Assembly (NCBI RefSeq): GCF_020745735.1
Contig: NW_026867487.1
Span: 3,100,001 to 3,164,000 of the forward strand
Source of the DNA: Hemiscyllium ocellatum
Lineage: Eukaryota
Reading direction: 5' to 3'
Length of the DNA stretch: 64,000 nt
The notes under the pieces were generated by a model. That model had not been told where the DNA came from. It searched no databases and saw nothing but the letters and a program-made list of their open reading frames with translations. This document shows, one piece after another, positions 60,832 to 64,000 of this stretch. The position numbers were made by a program, and so were the translations under genes. Every line of letters begins with the position of its first letter. The stretch's first letter is position 1.

Positions 60832-63800
60832 CCTACTCCCTGAGGAAAAAATGAAACATCATAATGAAATGATGGCTTAGGTTCTTTTTTTGTCTTTGTG
60901 CCTTAACCACAATACCCTGGCAGACATATGACTTTAATTTGAGTTTGTATTAACGTCTTCCCACACATATATATATTTATATATGAGACATTGAATAGAT
61001 ACCAGTGTTATCGATACTTCATCAGTTAAATCCATGATAACGCATCTGTGATTACATTCTTAGGATTCACAACATGTACGATATGTAAATTAAAAGTCTG
61101 TAACTTAAGACTCTAACGAAATAGTCAAATTATCTTGTCTTTACAGCGTTCTAAGAATGTAAGAGGGTTGTGATCCGGGTACACAACCGTCTCCGTGACA
61201 TTGCTTGTGATATACGCCTTAAAAAGGTGTAAGGCCAGTACCAAATGAAATAGTTCTTTTTTGATCATAGAGTATTTCCATTGGTGGATGTTGGGTTTTT
61301 TTCGAAAAGTAGCCAACTGACTGTTCAGTCCCATTATCATCTTCCTGTAGCAGTACAACTCCAACTCCTATGTCACTAGCATCGTTGGCAACTTTAAAAG
61401 TTTTTAAAAGGTTTGGTGGGGCTAAAAGTGGAAGGGTGGTTAATATTGCTTTCAAACGGTCGAATGCCTCCTGGCGTAGTTTTACCCACCGAAACCTTGT
61501 GTTCTTCTTCAGCAAATTGGTTAATGGTGCCACTGCACTGTTGATGTTTGGAACAGACTTTCAATAGAATCTGCTTAGTCCCAAGAATCTAAGCACCTCT
61601 TTCTTTGAGGCTGGTCGTGGAGATTCTTCGATAGCCTTCGTCTTTCTATTCCGTAGGGTCAAACTTCCATGATTGATATAATGTTCTAAGAGCATCACCT
61701 CTGCTTTTGCGAACACAGTTTTTGTCAAGTTTATTTCCAGTTTTGCTTCTCATAGTTGTTCAAAGAGCTCTGCCAACTGTACCCTGTGATGCTTCCAGGA
61801 TTTACTAAAGATAACTACATAGACTACACAGTTTGATAACCTAACCACAACATTATTCACGAGTCTTTGGAATGTGGCAGGTGCATCCTTCATTCCAAAG
61901 GACATCACTTTAAATTGATACAGCCCATTTGGGGATACAAATGCAGAAAACTCTTTCGCTGTCTCTGATAAAGGTACCTGCCAGTAACTATGCAGTAAGC
62001 TTAACTTGGTGATGTAACTGGCTTCGCCAAAGCTCTGGATACTGTCCTCCAATCTAGTTCTTGGGTATGAGTCCGATTTTGCAATGACAATGACATTCTG
62101 ATAATCCTTGCAAAATTCTTGAGTCCCATCTGGTTTGGGAACTAAGACAATCGATGAACTCCACTTGCTCTGGCTTCGTTCAATGATATACTTATTGAGG
62201 CTGGCCTCCACCTCTTCTGGACCTGTCTGGCTTTGAACGGATTAAGCCGATTGGAGTGTTGTTCTATAGTATTCCCTATGCTTACTTCATGTATGGTATT
62301 AGTCTTTTCTATCTGTTAATTACATGTGTCCTTACACTACAGTTACAAACTTTCCAACTCTAAGACAGATATTTGACTAACCTATCGAATTCCTCAAGGA
62401 CTTCTTCATTTTTTAGATATATTTTGAGGCACATCAAAATCCACCCCATCTGGATTTGATTCCTCACTTTACACAGCTGTAACTAACGCATGTTTCTCCA
62501 AATTTTTCTCTCATATAAAACGGTTTCGACATGTTCACATGGCATACCTAGTGCTGTTTTTTATTCTACATGGCATCTTTAATAGATAGTTCAACGTTTT
62601 CTCAATTTGTTCAGGACCACTAAACCTTGCTTTGAAGGGATCTCCTATCACTGGTAACAATACTAACACGTCATCCCCTTGGGAAAACGTTCGAGTCTCA
62701 GAGCGCTTTTATCTGCCACCTGCTTCATTCGATGCTGTGCCCTCTTCAGGTGCTGTTTATCTTACCCGCCAATGTGATTTCATCTATCCATCACCTCTGA
62801 TGAATGATCAAAGTGTGAGATCTCTGACTTTGGTCCTGCCAATTTTTACTGAATTAATTTCAAAGGGCCTCTCACTTCATGCACGAATATTAACTCGAAG
62901 GGAGTTAATCCTGAATCGATTTGGGGCATCTCGAATGGAAAACAATACAATGGGATAAAGGTTTCCTAATCATTCAGGTAATATTGCTCTCAATATTGTC
63001 TTCAAGGTCTGATGCCACCTTTCGAAAGCTCCTTGGTATTCAGGATGATCTGCAATGGATTTAAAATGCTGTATACCTCATCGGTCAATGACCTCATTAA
63101 CAGCTATCCATCAATAATAACCTTTGGTCCAACTGAGTCTCTCTGTGTACCCCCATACTACGTGAAGAGAGCTACTAACTCCTCTCCCAACATTTGTGCT
63201 TTAATACTCTGTAATGGAATTGCCTTCAGAAATTTGTTAAACATATCAATTAAGGTTAATAAATACTGGTACCCCATTTTTATTCTTGGGAAGTGACCGA
63301 CACAAACAAATATAACCTGCATAAAAGCTTCATCAAATGCGGGCATTGTTAACAAATACTGCCTGTGGCTTACCTCCCATTTGACATGCAAATGCATCCG
63401 GCAAAGGTTAACCACATCCTTGTGAATTCCAGGCCAATGAAAATGCTTTGGTAAATGGCCAGCACGGTGGCACAGTGGTTAGCACTGCTGCCTCACAGCG
63501 CCAGAGACCCGGGTTCAATTCCCGCCTCAGGTGACTGACTGCGTGAAGTTTGCACATTCTCCCCATGTCTGTCTGCGTTTCCTCCGAGTGCTCCGGTTTC
63601 CTCCCACAGTCCAAAAATGTTCAGGTTAGATGAATTGGCCACCTAGTGTTAGGTGAAGGGGTAAATGTAGGGGAATGGGTCTGGGTGGGTTGTGCTTAGG
63701 TGGGTTGGTGTGGAGTTGTTGGGCCGAAGGGCCTGTTTCCGTACTGTAAGTAATCTAATCTAAAAAAACCTTAGTCTGCATCTTTCGAACTCCAAGGTGA

Positions 63801-64000
63801 CCTCTGTATGTGTGCCATTGGCAACACAATCTGATGCGCTTCAGCACATTTCTCCTCTGCGCGAACCTTCTGTGGTCTCCTTTTCCGTCTTAGGACTCTT
63901 TCCTTTCAGATAATAACCCCCAGGAACATTCAGTGCCTCCTTGTCAGAGTATGCACCTACATATAAATTTTTAATTGTCTTGTCTTTCTATTGCAAGACC
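60832..64000 (-). mobile_element. Gypsy (Gmr1-like) internal region, copy 3: IN-RT-RH, continues beyond the window
   Basis: RT KWSSSIVLVPKPDG...FKVMSFGMKDAPATFQR; RNase H ANDASDIGVGVVLLQ; integrase core 62.5-63.4 kb lies upstream of RT; SINE at 63462-63761. Confidence 0.9.
63462..63761 (+). mobile_element. HE1-like SINE nested in Gypsy copy 3
   Basis: Complete head and TAAGTAATCTAATCT tail. Confidence 0.88.

Overview
Eukaryotic, repeat-rich genomic DNA containing the centre of a T-cell receptor alpha/delta (TRA/TRD) locus on the minus strand. The SINE/CR1 content and locus layout suggest a cartilaginous fish (shark); this is an inference. In transcriptional order (high to low coordinates): (1) about 13 kb of degraded Gypsy (Gmr1-like, integrase before RT) LTR retrotransposons in a tandem shared-LTR arrangement (50.6-64 kb); (2) one D segment with 12/23 RSSs (46.7 kb); (3) an unusually large J-delta array (32.5-46.4 kb): 12 apparently intact J segments with 12-RSSs plus at least 2 pseudo-J, including a recently tandem-duplicated subfamily of very long Tyr/Asp-rich J segments; (4) a three-coding-exon TCR delta constant gene (Ig domain, hinge with Cys, TM with R/K; 23.2-25.8 kb); (5) about 20 kb of LINEs, SINEs and simple repeats with two CTCF-like motifs; (6) the first four J-alpha segments (0.26-2.7 kb). 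No V segment is visible. Penelope-type fold-back repeats carrying minimal hammerhead ribozyme cores are scattered through the locus, and one disrupts a J segment. Most ORFs in the supplied track are artefacts of simple repeats or decayed TEs. Five N-gaps limit completeness.
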